From assembly GCA_963744145.1 (NCBI GenBank), contig CAVUSO010000001.1, positions 4,416,001 to 4,480,000 of the forward strand: DNA of 64,000 nucleotides, written 5' to 3'. This DNA is from an uncultured cyanobacterium. GTDB taxonomy: Bacteria > Cyanobacteriota > Cyanobacteriia > Cyanobacteriales > CAWUOF01. Numbering within the stretch: the stretch's first letter is position 1; each line of letters opens with the position of its first letter. Shown one piece after another: positions 11,053 to 21,293 of this stretch. Made by a program: the position numbers and the translations under genes. The notes under the pieces were generated by a model, which saw only the letters and a program-made list of their open reading frames with translations, was not told the origin of the DNA and did not search any database.

Positions 11053-12627
11053 CAATACTCCGGACAAAATTAAACTGCAATCGCACCGTAGGAAAGTAGT
11101 TCTGAGTAATTGGGATGGCTTTTGATCAAAGTCGGCTCCAAATCTAACTTCAAAATAAATTGTTCCAAAAGATGCGCGTTGAAGGCTTGGCGTTTATAAG
11201 TAGCCATAGAAAAGATAAAGGGCTCATCTTCTTGATGGTTTAATCTGGCTGATAATTTGGCAATATTCAAAGCTGTCAGACTAGCATTAAAATGAAAATC
11301 TAATTTGGCCGCATCACGGGCTTGACAATCCACTAATCCTGTAAACTGTTTAGCATCACGAAAAATAAATTCAATCTGAAAACGAGCCTGATAATACTCG
11401 TAAATTTCCAGGGCGGTCAGCGACAAATCTGTTGAAAACAAAATTAGATAACCAGTTTTGTCAGGCTGACGCTGATCAACAACCACGACAATTTTAATGT
11501 TTCTCTCTAAGGAGACATGATTAACTATCGCACTATAAATATTAACTGATTTCTCAACTTCCTGGCACCAAGTCAAACGACTTAAATTAGTGAAATTGAC
11601 TTTTCCTGCATAGAGACGTGGGCGACCACGCTCTTTTTGTTCACCCTGATATAAATAACGCATATTGGCATCAATCCGCAATTTACCTAGGTAATGAAAA
11701 TTGACAGATATCACCCCATCAACAAACTTTTTTTTACTATAGTACCCATCAGCTACTAGGTGGCGTATATCCGATGGAATATAGCTTTGAGCTCTTTTTA
11801 GTTGCTCTAAATACTGATCTACTCTTGTAGCTTCATCCTCTTGATTGTCCGATGTTTTCGGACTAGATTTTCGGGATTTTTTCTGATTTTTTCCTGGCGA
11901 TTTTTTGGTGGTTTTTCTTGGTGATTCTGTGGGCAAAGATGGTGATGTTTGCTGAACAGATAAAGCATAAGCCGTGTTGATATCTAAATCAATAAGTGCG
12001 AGCAGAGAAATTTCTAACCCCCGTTCTGCTTGGCTCTTACTACTATTATAGAAATAATCTTTTCCATAGGTTTTTTTACCACTTTTTTGAATAAATGAAC
12101 AGTCCATTGCTAAAATTTTTCGACTCGTGACCGCTAGGGCTAATTGCAGGAGTTGTTTATTTAACTCCAAAAAATTGAAGGAGCGCTGAAAATGGCGTCG
12201 ATAAGTTTTTTCGTTTAACTGCGAGTAACGACTTAAATTAGTAAAATTGACTTTACCATAGACTAACAAGATAGTTGTCATTAAGGTTAAGAAAAATTTT
12301 TTTTGAGCTTTACTAATCCCAGCAAGTTGAGTTAAGATGTTTTCTAGAAAATTCATAATTATCGGTCGGGTCGAATTTACATAGTAAATTCTCTCACGAT
12401 CGATATTTTTTTGGTGATCTCAGTAAGGAAAAAATTGCGCCCAATCCGTTCGGTTGCCTGATTTGGCCAGAAAATTGTTCAAGTAGAAAACGATTCAGAA
12501 TCGAAAATATCTGCCAAATCAGGTTTTCGGCTAGTCCCAGTCTGTCTTTTGGCTATTGGCCGAAAACTATTGGTTAGTCAATTATACCTATAAATAATTT
12601 TCTCTCACCAAAGTGTCCGGAGTATTG
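11053..12627 (-). mobile_element. IS701/IS4-superfamily insertion sequence (1575 bp)
   Basis: 14-bp IR CAATACTCCGGACA / TGTCCGGAGTATTG; 5-bp TSD CTAAT at 11048-11052 and 12628-12632. Confidence 0.9.
11070..12356 (-). CDS. DDE transposase
   Basis: AMDCSF, VADGYY, YQARFQIEFIFRDAKQ (Y-x2-R-x3-E-x6-K). Confidence 0.9.
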   Translation of the reverse strand: MNFLENILTQLAGISKAQKKFFLTLMTTILLVYGKVNFTNLSRYSQLNEKTYRRHFQRSFNFLELNKQLLQLALAVTSRKILAMDCSFIQKSGKKTYGKDYFYNSSKSQAERGLEISLLALIDLDINTAYALSVQQTSPSLPTESPRKTTKKSPGKNQKKSRKSSPKTSDNQEDEATRVDQYLEQLKRAQSYIPSDIRHLVADGYYSKKKFVDGVISVNFHYLGKLRIDANMRYLYQGEQKERGRPRLYAGKVNFTNLSRLTWCQEVEKSVNIYSAIVNHVSLERNIKIVVVVDQRQPDKTGYLILFSTDLSLTALEIYEYYQARFQIEFIFRDAKQFTGLVDCQARDAAKLDFHFNASLTALNIAKLSARLNHQEDEPFIFSMATYKRQAFNAHLLEQFILKLDLEPTLIKSHPNYSELLSYGAIAV

Positions 12628-12791
12628 CTAATGGGATACCATTTTCTCTGACATCTCTAGCTGCTCTTGGAGGATGGTTATAGCCGTAGGTTTCTTTCAA
12701 CTCCTCAGTTGTAATAAATCCGTGTTGCAAGATGTGATCAATGACTGCCTTCGGTCTCTTTGCTGTTACAGATCGGCAAAGTTCCAAAAAG

Positions 12792-13739
12792 TCATCTGGT
12801 AACTGTTGCGAATTCTCCATGTTTTTCCCAGAGGGTTAGCTGCTTTGGTTTCTTGTCCATATAGCTGAAATCACTGATTTGAGTAGTTACTAAGCTGCTG
12901 AATAAACTTGGCGATAAGTACAATGACTCAATCGTAGTTTCTTCCTTTCCAAGTAATGTAGCCTGTGAAGATTTGCCAACTTCGATTTCGATTCTTTCAA
13001 GATTTAAGTTCTTAGGAAGAACCTTGCCAAAAACCTTATCACCCAACTTACCATCGTAACTGATAGCAAATGCGGCTCCTTTTCGATTTAACTGTTCAAG
13101 AGCTAATACAAAATCATCGAAATCTATCCCAGACAGATACCTTGAATCTCTATTTCCGCATACACCTTGATAGGGAGGGTCCATGTAGATGAAATCACCA
13201 TCCTGGATTTGCTCTAATACTTCTCGATAATCCCAGCTCGTAAACTTGCATTTACCTTTAAGCAGACTAGACACACCTGCTATGTTTTTTCTCATCGTCT
13301 CAGGTTTTGTCCCTTTTCGTCTTTTGTCTGGGCTTTGATTAAACAGTCCCTCAGAATTATAACGGACTGAACCTTTAACGCATCTTGCTAGTAAATAAAG
13401 GAACAATTTTGGATCATTAGTCTCATTAAATCTTGACCTGACCTCAAAATAATGGGCTACGGAATCATCATGTTGCTCATTCCATAGTTCTAGGTAGAAA
13501 TCTGCTATCTCATTCGGTCTTTCTATAGCTAGTTCTAATAGCTCGATTAGAGGTTTATTCAGATCATTTAGCCAGAATCTACGGGTAATCTGATTCGCAG
13601 ACGTAGCCACACTAATCGCAGCAGTTCCAGCAAAAGGCTCTACCAACCTACCGATCTCTTGGGGAAGCAACGGGAGGATGTGCTTTGCCAAATTTCTCTT
13701 GCTACCTTGATACTGAATGAAATGGGGTAGATTCGTCAT
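12792..13739 (-). CDS. Dam-like (D12 class) DNA adenine methyltransferase
   Basis: YQGSKR, EPFAGTAA, YMDPPY. Likely ATG at 13739. Overlaps the start of the HNH gene. Confidence 0.88.
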   Translation of the reverse strand: MTNLPHFIQYQGSKRNLAKHILPLLPQEIGRLVEPFAGTAAISVATSANQITRRFWLNDLNKPLIELLELAIERPNEIADFYLELWNEQHDDSVAHYFEVRSRFNETNDPKLFLYLLARCVKGSVRYNSEGLFNQSPDKRRKGTKPETMRKNIAGVSSLLKGKCKFTSWDYREVLEQIQDGDFIYMDPPYQGVCGNRDSRYLSGIDFDDFVLALEQLNRKGAAFAISYDGKLGDKVFGKVLPKNLNLERIEIEVGKSSQATLLGKEETTIESLYLSPSLFSSLVTTQISDFSYMDKKPKQLTLWEKHGEFATVTR

Positions 13740-14026
13740 CGTCACACCAGAACAAATGATATGAAAGCATTTTACCACGAGCGATAGAGCTTCTCCTTGG
13801 CGATCGCACCACACTAGGATCTCGGTTATTCCCAAACAAATAACCTCGTGACCTAACCCAACCGTTCACCTACCGCAGATCACCTATTGCTAGTCTTGGG
13901 GGCGATCGCATGATCGCATCTCTCTAATAGACATCTTAATTTCTTTTTTTTAGTTAACAATTGCGGAATTAACCAAATTAGGTTATATTGATTTATAGAA
14001 ATCGGTTATATTGATTTATTGATGTT

Positions 14027-15118
14027 GTGGTAAATGCGAAAGTGAAAATAAAACAGAATATACCTGTAGATCAAATTATCCTAGAAGATTGCTTACAACT
14101 GCTTCAGAAATTGCCAGAAGATAGCGTTGATTTAATTGTATCTTCACCACCTTATAATTTGGGTAAAGAATACGAATCTAAAAAAGCTCTTGATATTTAT
14201 TTACAAGAACAAACCGCCGTACTGCGGGAATGTAGCCGGATTCTCAAAAATACAGGTTCCCTATTTTGGCAAATCGGAGCTTTTTCAGATCAAGGAATAC
14301 TGATTCCTCTAGATATTCGTTTTTTTCCGATTCTTGAATCTTGTGGGTTACTTCCTCGGAATCGAATTATCTGGGCTAGACAACATGGTCTCCATGCTCG
14401 AAAAAAGTTCTCTTGTAGACATGAAACTATTCTCTGGTTTACTAAATCCGATAATTATAAATTTAACTTAGATGCAATTAGGGTTCCGCAAAAATATCAA
14501 AATAAGAAACACTTTCGAGGAAATCGGAAGGGAGAGTTTTCCTGTAATCCAGATGGTAAAAATCCCGGTGATATCTGGCTATTTCGGAATGTTAAACATA
14601 ACCATGAAGAACAAACTATACACCCCTGTCAATTTCCAGAAGATTTAGTCGCTAGAATTATCTTATCTACAACTGAGGAAAATGATATTGTATTAGATCC
14701 TTATATGGGTACTGGTACTGTAGCAGTCGTTGCTAGAAATTATAAACGCCATTTTTTAGGAGCAGAAATTGAATCAAAATATCATCAAGTTGCCCTACGT
14801 CGTCTCAGCGGTGAACCTGATGAAAACGGATATTTTCCAAACTTAAAAACCCTGCGCGATTACGTTGAAAAAACTGGTGAAGCGATCGATAATTTTAAAT
14901 TTGATTTGCAAATAGGAAATAGAGCTTCAGAACGCAGTAAAGCTAAAATTTACTCAGAAGAATATCACTTACAAGAAATGGAAGATAGATTAATCTATGA
15001 AGAAGCGGCTTTTGCTGCTACTTTACGTGGTGAAAAAATTCCAGTAGATCCAAAACTTAATGGAAAGGTCAAAGATACACCCAGATCAAATCAACAGGTA
15101 GAACAGATTGAGCTATAA
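14027..15118 (+). CDS. Beta-class N4-cytosine/N6-adenine DNA methyltransferase
   Basis: SSPPY precedes HPCQFPE and LDPYMGTGT. Confidence 0.88.
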   Translation: MVNAKVKIKQNIPVDQIILEDCLQLLQKLPEDSVDLIVSSPPYNLGKEYESKKALDIYLQEQTAVLRECSRILKNTGSLFWQIGAFSDQGILIPLDIRFFPILESCGLLPRNRIIWARQHGLHARKKFSCRHETILWFTKSDNYKFNLDAIRVPQKYQNKKHFRGNRKGEFSCNPDGKNPGDIWLFRNVKHNHEEQTIHPCQFPEDLVARIILSTTEENDIVLDPYMGTGTVAVVARNYKRHFLGAEIESKYHQVALRRLSGEPDENGYFPNLKTLRDYVEKTGEAIDNFKFDLQIGNRASERSKAKIYSEEYHLQEMEDRLIYEEAAFAATLRGEKIPVDPKLNGKVKDTPRSNQQVEQIEL

Positions 15119-15684
15119 TTATTCATTGTTGAGGAAAATTTTATGGGTCTTTTAATCGACGGAGTTTGGCAAGATCGTTGGTATAACACAGCTAGCACAG
15201 GTGGACGCTTTATCCGAGAATCTGCCCAGTTTCGTAACTGGGTGACTCCGGATGGAAGTCCCGGACCTACTGGGAATGGAGGTTTTAAAGCTGAGACGGG
15301 ACGTTATCATCTCTATGTGTCTAAAGCCTGTCCCTGGGCTCATCGGACAATGATTTTTCGGTTGCTCAAAGGACTAGAAAATATGATTTCAGTATCTATC
15401 GTTCATTGGTTTATGGGCGATCGCGGCTGGACATTTGAGCCTGGTGAGGGAGTAGTCGCTGATTCCATCTTTAATGCCAAATACTTATATGAGATCTATA
15501 ATCATGCAGACGCCAAATATACTGGGCGAGTAACTGTGCCAATTCTATGGGACAAAGATACCCAAACTATTGTCAACAATGAGTCTTCAGAAATCATAGA
15601 AATAACTCGGTAAGTGGGAAACTCAGTTCTTTAGAACTGGGAGGGAAACGGCTCGTGCGGTTTTAACCGCCAGTAAATATTTCT

Positions 15685-16119
15685 TCAATTAGCGGAGTGG
15701 TGTGGGTCTTCTATGTATTTCTTAACCACTTCACTACTAATATTACCTGCTGTGCTTACAAAATAACTGCTTGTCCAAAGACTAGGTAATTTTAATAATT
15801 GTGGAAACTCTTTTCTTAGATAATTACTTGACCTTCCTTTAAATGCTTTAACCACCAGTGCGGGGGTGTCTGTCGGTTTAACTGCCACAAATAGATGTAC
15901 ATGATCTGGGGCAACTTCTAAGGCTAAAATATCCCAACCTTTCTCTATTGCCAAAGCTAAAAATATCTGACGGATTCTAGTTGCTATATCGCCGACTAGA
16001 ACTGGACGGCGACGCTTAGGGATAAATACAAAATGGTAGTTAAGCAGGAACTTGACGTGATTGTGGGTTTTGTATTCCGGTAAATTTAGCATAAAAAGAT
16101 TGTAGATATAAGTTGACAA
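15685..16119 (-). CDS. tnpA: IS200-type Y1 HUH transposase
   Basis: YHFVFIPKRRRPVL, PDHVHL, LWTSSYF, YIEDP. The start is probably the internal ATG. Confidence 0.92.
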   Translation of the reverse strand: MSTYIYNLFMLNLPEYKTHNHVKFLLNYHFVFIPKRRRPVLVGDIATRIRQIFLALAIEKGWDILALEVAPDHVHLFVAVKPTDTPALVVKAFKGRSSNYLRKEFPQLLKLPSLWTSSYFVSTAGNISSEVVKKYIEDPHHSAN

Positions 16120-16141
16120 ATCAACTATACTACGTTATGCT
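16113..16141 (+). promoter_or_regulatory. Putative sigma70 promoter of tnpB
   Basis: TTGACA-17bp-TATGCT, 30 bp upstream of tnpB. Confidence 0.55.
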
Positions 16142-16170
16142 GTTAATAACAAGATAGAAAAGGAAAGAAA

Positions 16171-17475
16171 GTGGCTAAAGCTAGAAGTAAGACGCCAAAA
16201 AAAACCAAAGTACCGTTAGGTGTTCAGCAAAATTTGATCAATGCTGAACCAGAGTTAAAAGCAATTCTTGAATTTATTTGCTCGGAGTCGAACAAACTCC
16301 ACAATTGTGCTACCTACTATGCGCGTCAAATGTGGTTTAAAGCTCACCAATACGTCACCAAGTTTGACATAGTAAGGAATCTTACGGAAAATGTGCATTT
16401 CTCTGCACTACCCTCAGATGCAGCAGTGCAAACTTGTATCTCAGTGGGAGAGTCAATTAGCTCTTTTGCCAAGTTACGGGGGTTGTGGCTAAGTGGTCAA
16501 CTTGAAACTAGACCCAAACTACCCAATTATCGAAAACCGGGGTATCAATTAGTTGCCTATCCTAAACGGTCACTAAGGTTAATTGATGGAAAGATTAGAT
16601 TCCCTTTAGGATTACAGGTCAATGCTTGGTTTGGCATCAAAGAATTTTTCCTACCAATGCCAACTAACCTAGATTTTGAGTCTCTTAGAGAGGTCAGGAT
16701 ACTCCCTAGAAACGGTTGCTTTTATGCTGAGTTTATCTACCCAGTTCTAGTCGAAAAACCTGTCCTAGACCCAGCTAAATGTTTGGGGATAGACCACGGT
16801 TTGAATAACTGGTTGACAGCCGTTAGTAATGTAGGGACAAGTTTTATTATTGATGGCAAACACCTAAAGTCAGTCAATCAATGGTACAACAAACAGGTCG
16901 CCAAACTTAAAGCTAATAAACCCGAAGGTTTTTGGTCTAATCGTTTAGCTGCAATGACGGAGAAACGTAATAGACAAATGAGGGACGCTATCAACAAAGC
17001 GGCTCGGATAGTGATAAACCATTGTTTAAATAATGGGATAGGAACTTTAGTTTTTGGTTGGAATAAAAGTCAAAAAGATGGGATAGAGTTAGGCAAAAAG
17101 AACAATCAAAACTTTGTCCAAATCCCTACGGCTAGGCTTAAAGCAAGAATTCAAGAACTTTGTGAGTTGTTTGGCATTAAGTTTGCCGAAACTGAAGAAA
17201 GTTATACCAGCAAGGCTAGTTTTTTAGATGCTGATCCCATCCCAACTTACGGTGAAAAACCCGCAGGATGGACAGCATCAGGAAAAAGAGTTAGCCGTGG
17301 TTCCTATCTCAGTTCCAAAGGCACTAAGATAAATGCCGATTGCAATGGTGCAGCCAACATTTTAAGAAAAGTAGCGGTGGAGCTTGGGCTAGTCCTAAGT
17401 GAAATCAGTAGAGGTGTCTTGTACGCGCCTTTGAAGTTCAGGATCTGGACTCTTCAAGAATCTCAGTGTCTTTAG
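16171..17475 (+). CDS. tnpB: RNA-guided nuclease TnpB
   Basis: GIDHGLNN (RuvC-I), EESYTSKAS, INADCNGAANI. Confidence 0.92.
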   Translation: MAKARSKTPKKTKVPLGVQQNLINAEPELKAILEFICSESNKLHNCATYYARQMWFKAHQYVTKFDIVRNLTENVHFSALPSDAAVQTCISVGESISSFAKLRGLWLSGQLETRPKLPNYRKPGYQLVAYPKRSLRLIDGKIRFPLGLQVNAWFGIKEFFLPMPTNLDFESLREVRILPRNGCFYAEFIYPVLVEKPVLDPAKCLGIDHGLNNWLTAVSNVGTSFIIDGKHLKSVNQWYNKQVAKLKANKPEGFWSNRLAAMTEKRNRQMRDAINKAARIVINHCLNNGIGTLVFGWNKSQKDGIELGKKNNQNFVQIPTARLKARIQELCELFGIKFAETEESYTSKASFLDADPIPTYGEKPAGWTASGKRVSRGSYLSSKGTKINADCNGAANILRKVAVELGLVLSEISRGVLYAPLKFRIWTLQESQCL

Positions 17476-18125
17476 ACCTGAGAGTATCAATCGGATGTTC
17501 AACAGCGCATTTAATGGATTGGGTGCAAAACAGATTGACTATTATCCTGAAGAGTTGCGAGAAGAAATAGATACTTTAAACGAGCAAATTTATCATAACG
17601 TTAATAATGGTGTATACAAAAGCGGCTTTGCTACGACTCAAGATGCTTATGAAGAAGCAGTCAAATCTTTGTTTGAAACTCTCGATTTTTTAGAAGATCG
17701 TCTTTCGACTAGATGCTACCTAACTGGAGATCGAGTGACGGAGGCGGATTGGCGACTTTTTACTACCTTGGTAAGGTTTGACGCTGTTTATGTAGGGCAT
17801 TTTAAGTGTAATATTCGTCGCATTGTAGATTATCCCAATTTATGGGGTTATCTACGCGATTTATATCAAACACCTGGCGTTGCTGAAACCACTGACTTGA
17901 CGCATATTAAGCGACACTATTATCAAAGCCATGAAAAAATTAATCCCACTAGGATTGTGCCTATCGGTCCGGAAATTAACTTTATGACTCCTCACGATCG
18001 AGGATTATATTCTAATAATTGAATAAAAATTGATATTAAGACCATGTGCCCCGGGCGTATGGCAATACGCCCCTACAAATTATTTATTCATACCGTAAAT
18101 CAGCAACACCTCGCTGCATATATAT

Positions 18126-18794
18126 TTATTCAGCTTCTCCACACCCTTGATCTAATATCCGTTCTTTTACCCATCGCCGAAATTCCCTTAATGCTTGACT
18201 TGTACCTGATTGTCGTCCCATTTCCAAAAACTGAGAAATCCCTTCAATAACTGGAAAATTACCAAATGTTGGACTTATTGTAGACTCTACATACTTTCCC
18301 GATCGCAATACATAAACCTGCAATTTCCGATTCTCATATCGCCAAATTTCCGGCACTCCTAACACTTTATAAGCACTTAACTGAGTTTTAGAAGTCACAT
18401 CAATTTCAATAGCTAAATCGGGGGGCGGATCTATGGTTAAATCTAAACTTTCTCGCCCAATCATGCGAGCATAATTTTGGATATAAAAACAATCATCTGG
18501 TTCAATTCCAGCAGTCATATCTTGTCGTTTAAATGTCGTTGATCCATAAGGTTCCCAGTTCACTTCTAACTCATCCAGTAAAATTTTTAATAAATCGCCA
18601 ATAATAACTTTTGCTTTCTCATGTTCTGGTAAAGTTATCCTAATCTCCAAGGTGCGATCGAGATAAGCTACTCGACTAGAGCGATGCTCTCCCAATTCCT
18701 CTAAAATCGCTTCAAATTCTGACCAACTCACCTCATGAAATATTACCCGATGTCCAGGTGGTACGCTAATTTGTCTGAATTGTAATGTCACCAT
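18126..18794 (-). CDS. Uma2 family endonuclease
   Basis: EPDDCFYI, PPPDLAIEIDVTS, LGVPEIW. Confidence 0.88.
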   Translation of the reverse strand: MVTLQFRQISVPPGHRVIFHEVSWSEFEAILEELGEHRSSRVAYLDRTLEIRITLPEHEKAKVIIGDLLKILLDELEVNWEPYGSTTFKRQDMTAGIEPDDCFYIQNYARMIGRESLDLTIDPPPDLAIEIDVTSKTQLSAYKVLGVPEIWRYENRKLQVYVLRSGKYVESTISPTFGNFPVIEGISQFLEMGRQSGTSQALREFRRWVKERILDQGCGEAE

Positions 18795-18971
18795 TATATT
18801 TTTACATTCCTTTGAATCAATTAATTTATTTAAGATTCAGATCAATAAGCTTGTTTATTTAAGTATCGGTTGCAAGTCAATTTAGCTAATTCGCATAAAG
18901 ATATTTATTAGATAGCATAACACAAAAAACTAGATTTTGGCATCAGTGAGTTTTGACAAAATAGGTTTTTC

Positions 18972-19000
18972 TTGACAAAGATCAATTTTTATGATATTAT
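18972..19000 (+). promoter_or_regulatory. Putative sigma70 promoter
   Basis: TTGACA-17bp-TATTAT. Confidence 0.5.
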
Positions 19001-19042
19001 AGACAAGCTAAATGAAACGTAAATAAAATTTTGTCCGTCTTT

Positions 19043-19113
19043 GTAGGGGCAAAGCATTTCGGCGAAAAATCATGGTCTCAACACAGAAAACTACGACCGA
19101 AATGCTTTGCCCT
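19043..19113. repeat. REP-like palindromic repeat
   Basis: GGGCAAAGCATTTCGG ... CCGAAATGCTTTGCCC arms; also near 31951, 42157, 51633 and 51916. Confidence 0.8.
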
Positions 19114-19220
19114 CAGCCATTTACGAATCAAATAGATTAACTATAAAATACAAATAATATCTTTAACCCAACTCTATTAATAAAGCAATAAGAGAACCTT
19201 AGAACTGCATTAAATCAATT

Positions 19221-19826
19221 ATGTCTTACAGTCAATTTACCACTATCACTAAGGTTAAAGAAGCTTTCAATTTAACCACGATCGAGGGAATTAGATTTCT
19301 CCCTGAAATTGCCCCTATTCAACCCAGTAATACTCTTGCTGCAACTCTTGAAGAAACTCTCCCACTAGCTGTGGCTACAGGTAGCGAAAAAGCTAGATCC
19401 GAGCTAATTATTAGCCCAGTTATTGTAGAAGTTCGGCGCATTCTCAATCGTCAAATTAGTCTGTTTTCGGGGGAAGATTTCAATGTAGATGAATCCCTAG
19501 GATTAAATGGACGCTGCGATTTTCTTATCAGTCGTTCCACTGAACAATTAGCAATTGAGGCACCAGTTATTGTTATTGTAGAAGCAAAACAAACGGATTT
19601 GAAAACAGGAATTGGTCAATGTGTTGCAGAAATGGTAGCTGTACAGAAATTTAATGAAGCCAAACAAAAACCATTACCTGACCTCTATGGTTCTGTTAGT
19701 AATGGTCTCCAATGGCAATTCCTCAAGCTTTCTGGAACCAAAGTAACTATTGACTTGAATATTTATCCTTTACCACCAGTAGAGCAAATTTTGGGATTTT
19801 TGGTCTGGATGGTAGGATTAGAATAG
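19221..19826 (+). CDS. Conserved cyanobacterial protein, PD-(D/E)xK nuclease-like
   Basis: GRCDFLIS...VIVEAK...GQCVAEM. Confidence 0.6.
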   Translation: MSYSQFTTITKVKEAFNLTTIEGIRFLPEIAPIQPSNTLAATLEETLPLAVATGSEKARSELIISPVIVEVRRILNRQISLFSGEDFNVDESLGLNGRCDFLISRSTEQLAIEAPVIVIVEAKQTDLKTGIGQCVAEMVAVQKFNEAKQKPLPDLYGSVSNGLQWQFLKLSGTKVTIDLNIYPLPPVEQILGFLVWMVGLE

Positions 19827-19832
19827 CTTTTT

Positions 19833-21293
19833 ATGGTAAATTTGGCTAACATGATTACAGTTGCTGATGCGTTGCAGATTGCTTCTGGGTATTATCAGTC
19901 TGGTGGTTTCTCTGATGCGGAACGGGTTTATCGTTATATTTTACACCAACAACCAGATTGTTATCCAGCTCTAGTTAATTTAGGAGCAACTCTGAGAGTT
20001 AATGGTCAGTTAACAGCAGCGATCGCTTGTTATCAAAAAGCTTTGCTGCTGCAACCGGAAGAAGCGCTGATTCATGCGAATTTAGGTAATGCTTTAAAAG
20101 ATGCTGGTGATCAAACTAATGCGATCGCCCATTATCAACAAGCGATCGCTTTAGGATTGAAAAATGCCGAGGTTTATCATAATTTGGGAAATGCTTACCA
20201 AAACGATGGTCAATTAACAGCAGCGATCGCGAGTTATCACCAAAGTTTAGCACTAGCTCCTGATCAAATTAAAACCTTAATTGCGTTAGGAAATGCGCTC
20301 CAAGCATTAGGTTGTGTGTGGGAAGCGATTATTTATTATGAAAAAGTTCTCACCCTGGAACCAAACCATGATGAAGCAATCTGGGATAAAGCATTTACCA
20401 CACTTCTAGCTGGAGATTTAATTCAGGGATTTACGGAATATGAAAGTCGTTGGTGGGTAAAGTGCGCTCCTCATCCCCAATCCTTCCCACAACCGCTTTG
20501 GGATGGTTTACCTTTAGATGGAAAAACAATTTTATTGCATACAGAACAAGGTTTTGGAGATGCAATTCAGTTTATTCGTTATGCACCTTTAGTTGCACAA
20601 AAAGGAGGTAAGGTAATCGTTCAATGTCATCAGTCTTTAGTGAGATTATTTCGGACTATAGCTGAGATTCAAACAGTAATTGCGATCGGTGATCCTTTAC
20701 CAGATTTTCATTTCCATGCACCTTTAATGAGTTTACCCCATCTATTTGGAACAACTTTAGCGACTATACCTTGTGCCATTCCTTATTTATTTCCAGCCAA
20801 ATTATCTGGGGTTAAGATCATAGCTAAAACTCGTTTAAAAATTGGGATAGCTTGGGGAGGAAATACCTCTGTATATAGGGGCGATCGCAATCGTTACCGG
20901 AGTTGTCCGCTTCAATATTTTAGTCCTTTGTTTAAAATTCCAGATATTACTTGGTTTAGTCTTCAAAAGGGAGAACATAGAGCAGAATTAACCGAATTTG
21001 CAGATAAAAATCGAATTTACGATTTAAATGAACAGATCAAAGATTTTGCTGACACTGCTGCAATTATCTCCCAACTTGATTTAGTAATCACTGTAGATAC
21101 ATCAGTTGCCCATATTCCAGGAGCAATTGGTATTCCAGTCTGGGTAATTTTACCTTTTTGTGGGGATTGGCGCTGGTTATTGCACCGAGAAGATACTCCT
21201 TGGTATTCAACTATGCAATTATTTCGTCAAAAACAACCAGGAGATTGGTTGGAAGTATTGACAAGAATTGCGGAAACTTTAAAAATGGTGTGA
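19833..21293 (+). CDS. TPR-containing glycosyltransferase-like protein
   Basis: N-terminal TPRs; EQGFGDAIQF; DLVITVDTSVAH; DWRW. Confidence 0.8.
   Translation: MVNLANMITVADALQIASGYYQSGGFSDAERVYRYILHQQPDCYPALVNLGATLRVNGQLTAAIACYQKALLLQPEEALIHANLGNALKDAGDQTNAIAHYQQAIALGLKNAEVYHNLGNAYQNDGQLTAAIASYHQSLALAPDQIKTLIALGNALQALGCVWEAIIYYEKVLTLEPNHDEAIWDKAFTTLLAGDLIQGFTEYESRWWVKCAPHPQSFPQPLWDGLPLDGKTILLHTEQGFGDAIQFIRYAPLVAQKGGKVIVQCHQSLVRLFRTIAEIQTVIAIGDPLPDFHFHAPLMSLPHLFGTTLATIPCAIPYLFPAKLSGVKIIAKTRLKIGIAWGGNTSVYRGDRNRYRSCPLQYFSPLFKIPDITWFSLQKGEHRAELTEFADKNRIYDLNEQIKDFADTAAIISQLDLVITVDTSVAHIPGAIGIPVWVILPFCGDWRWLLHREDTPWYSTMQLFRQKQPGDWLEVLTRIAETLKMV

Larger units (their letters stand above)
10512..12820 (-). 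pseudogene. HNH type II restriction endonuclease (SphI/NspI-like), interrupted by an IS
   Basis: GYNHPPRAARD in the 5' part; LQIDHRVPF and NRAKSWSCEHC in the 3' part. Removing the IS and one TSD gives 242 aa (ENGIPL|ETFRV). Confidence 0.82.
15598..17490. mobile_element. IS200/IS605 element (tnpA + tnpB), 1893 bp
   Basis: Subterminal hairpins CAGTTCT-TT-AGAACTG (about 15624) and TCTCAG..CTGAGA (17461-17483). Right end TCAA, no TSD, inserted after TCAT. Confidence 0.92.
15143..18022 (+). pseudogene. Glutathionyl-hydroquinone reductase / GST (YqjG-like), interrupted by IS605
   Basis: CPWAHR, TVPILWD, NNESSEII|RMFN, NNGVYK. The fused frame 15143-15597 + 17491-18022 gives 328 aa. Confidence 0.9.

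Noticed and set aside
13740..13835. N-terminal extension of the Dam-like MTase
   Set aside because: The first conserved motif follows the ATG at 13739; the TTG-started extension looks non-coding.
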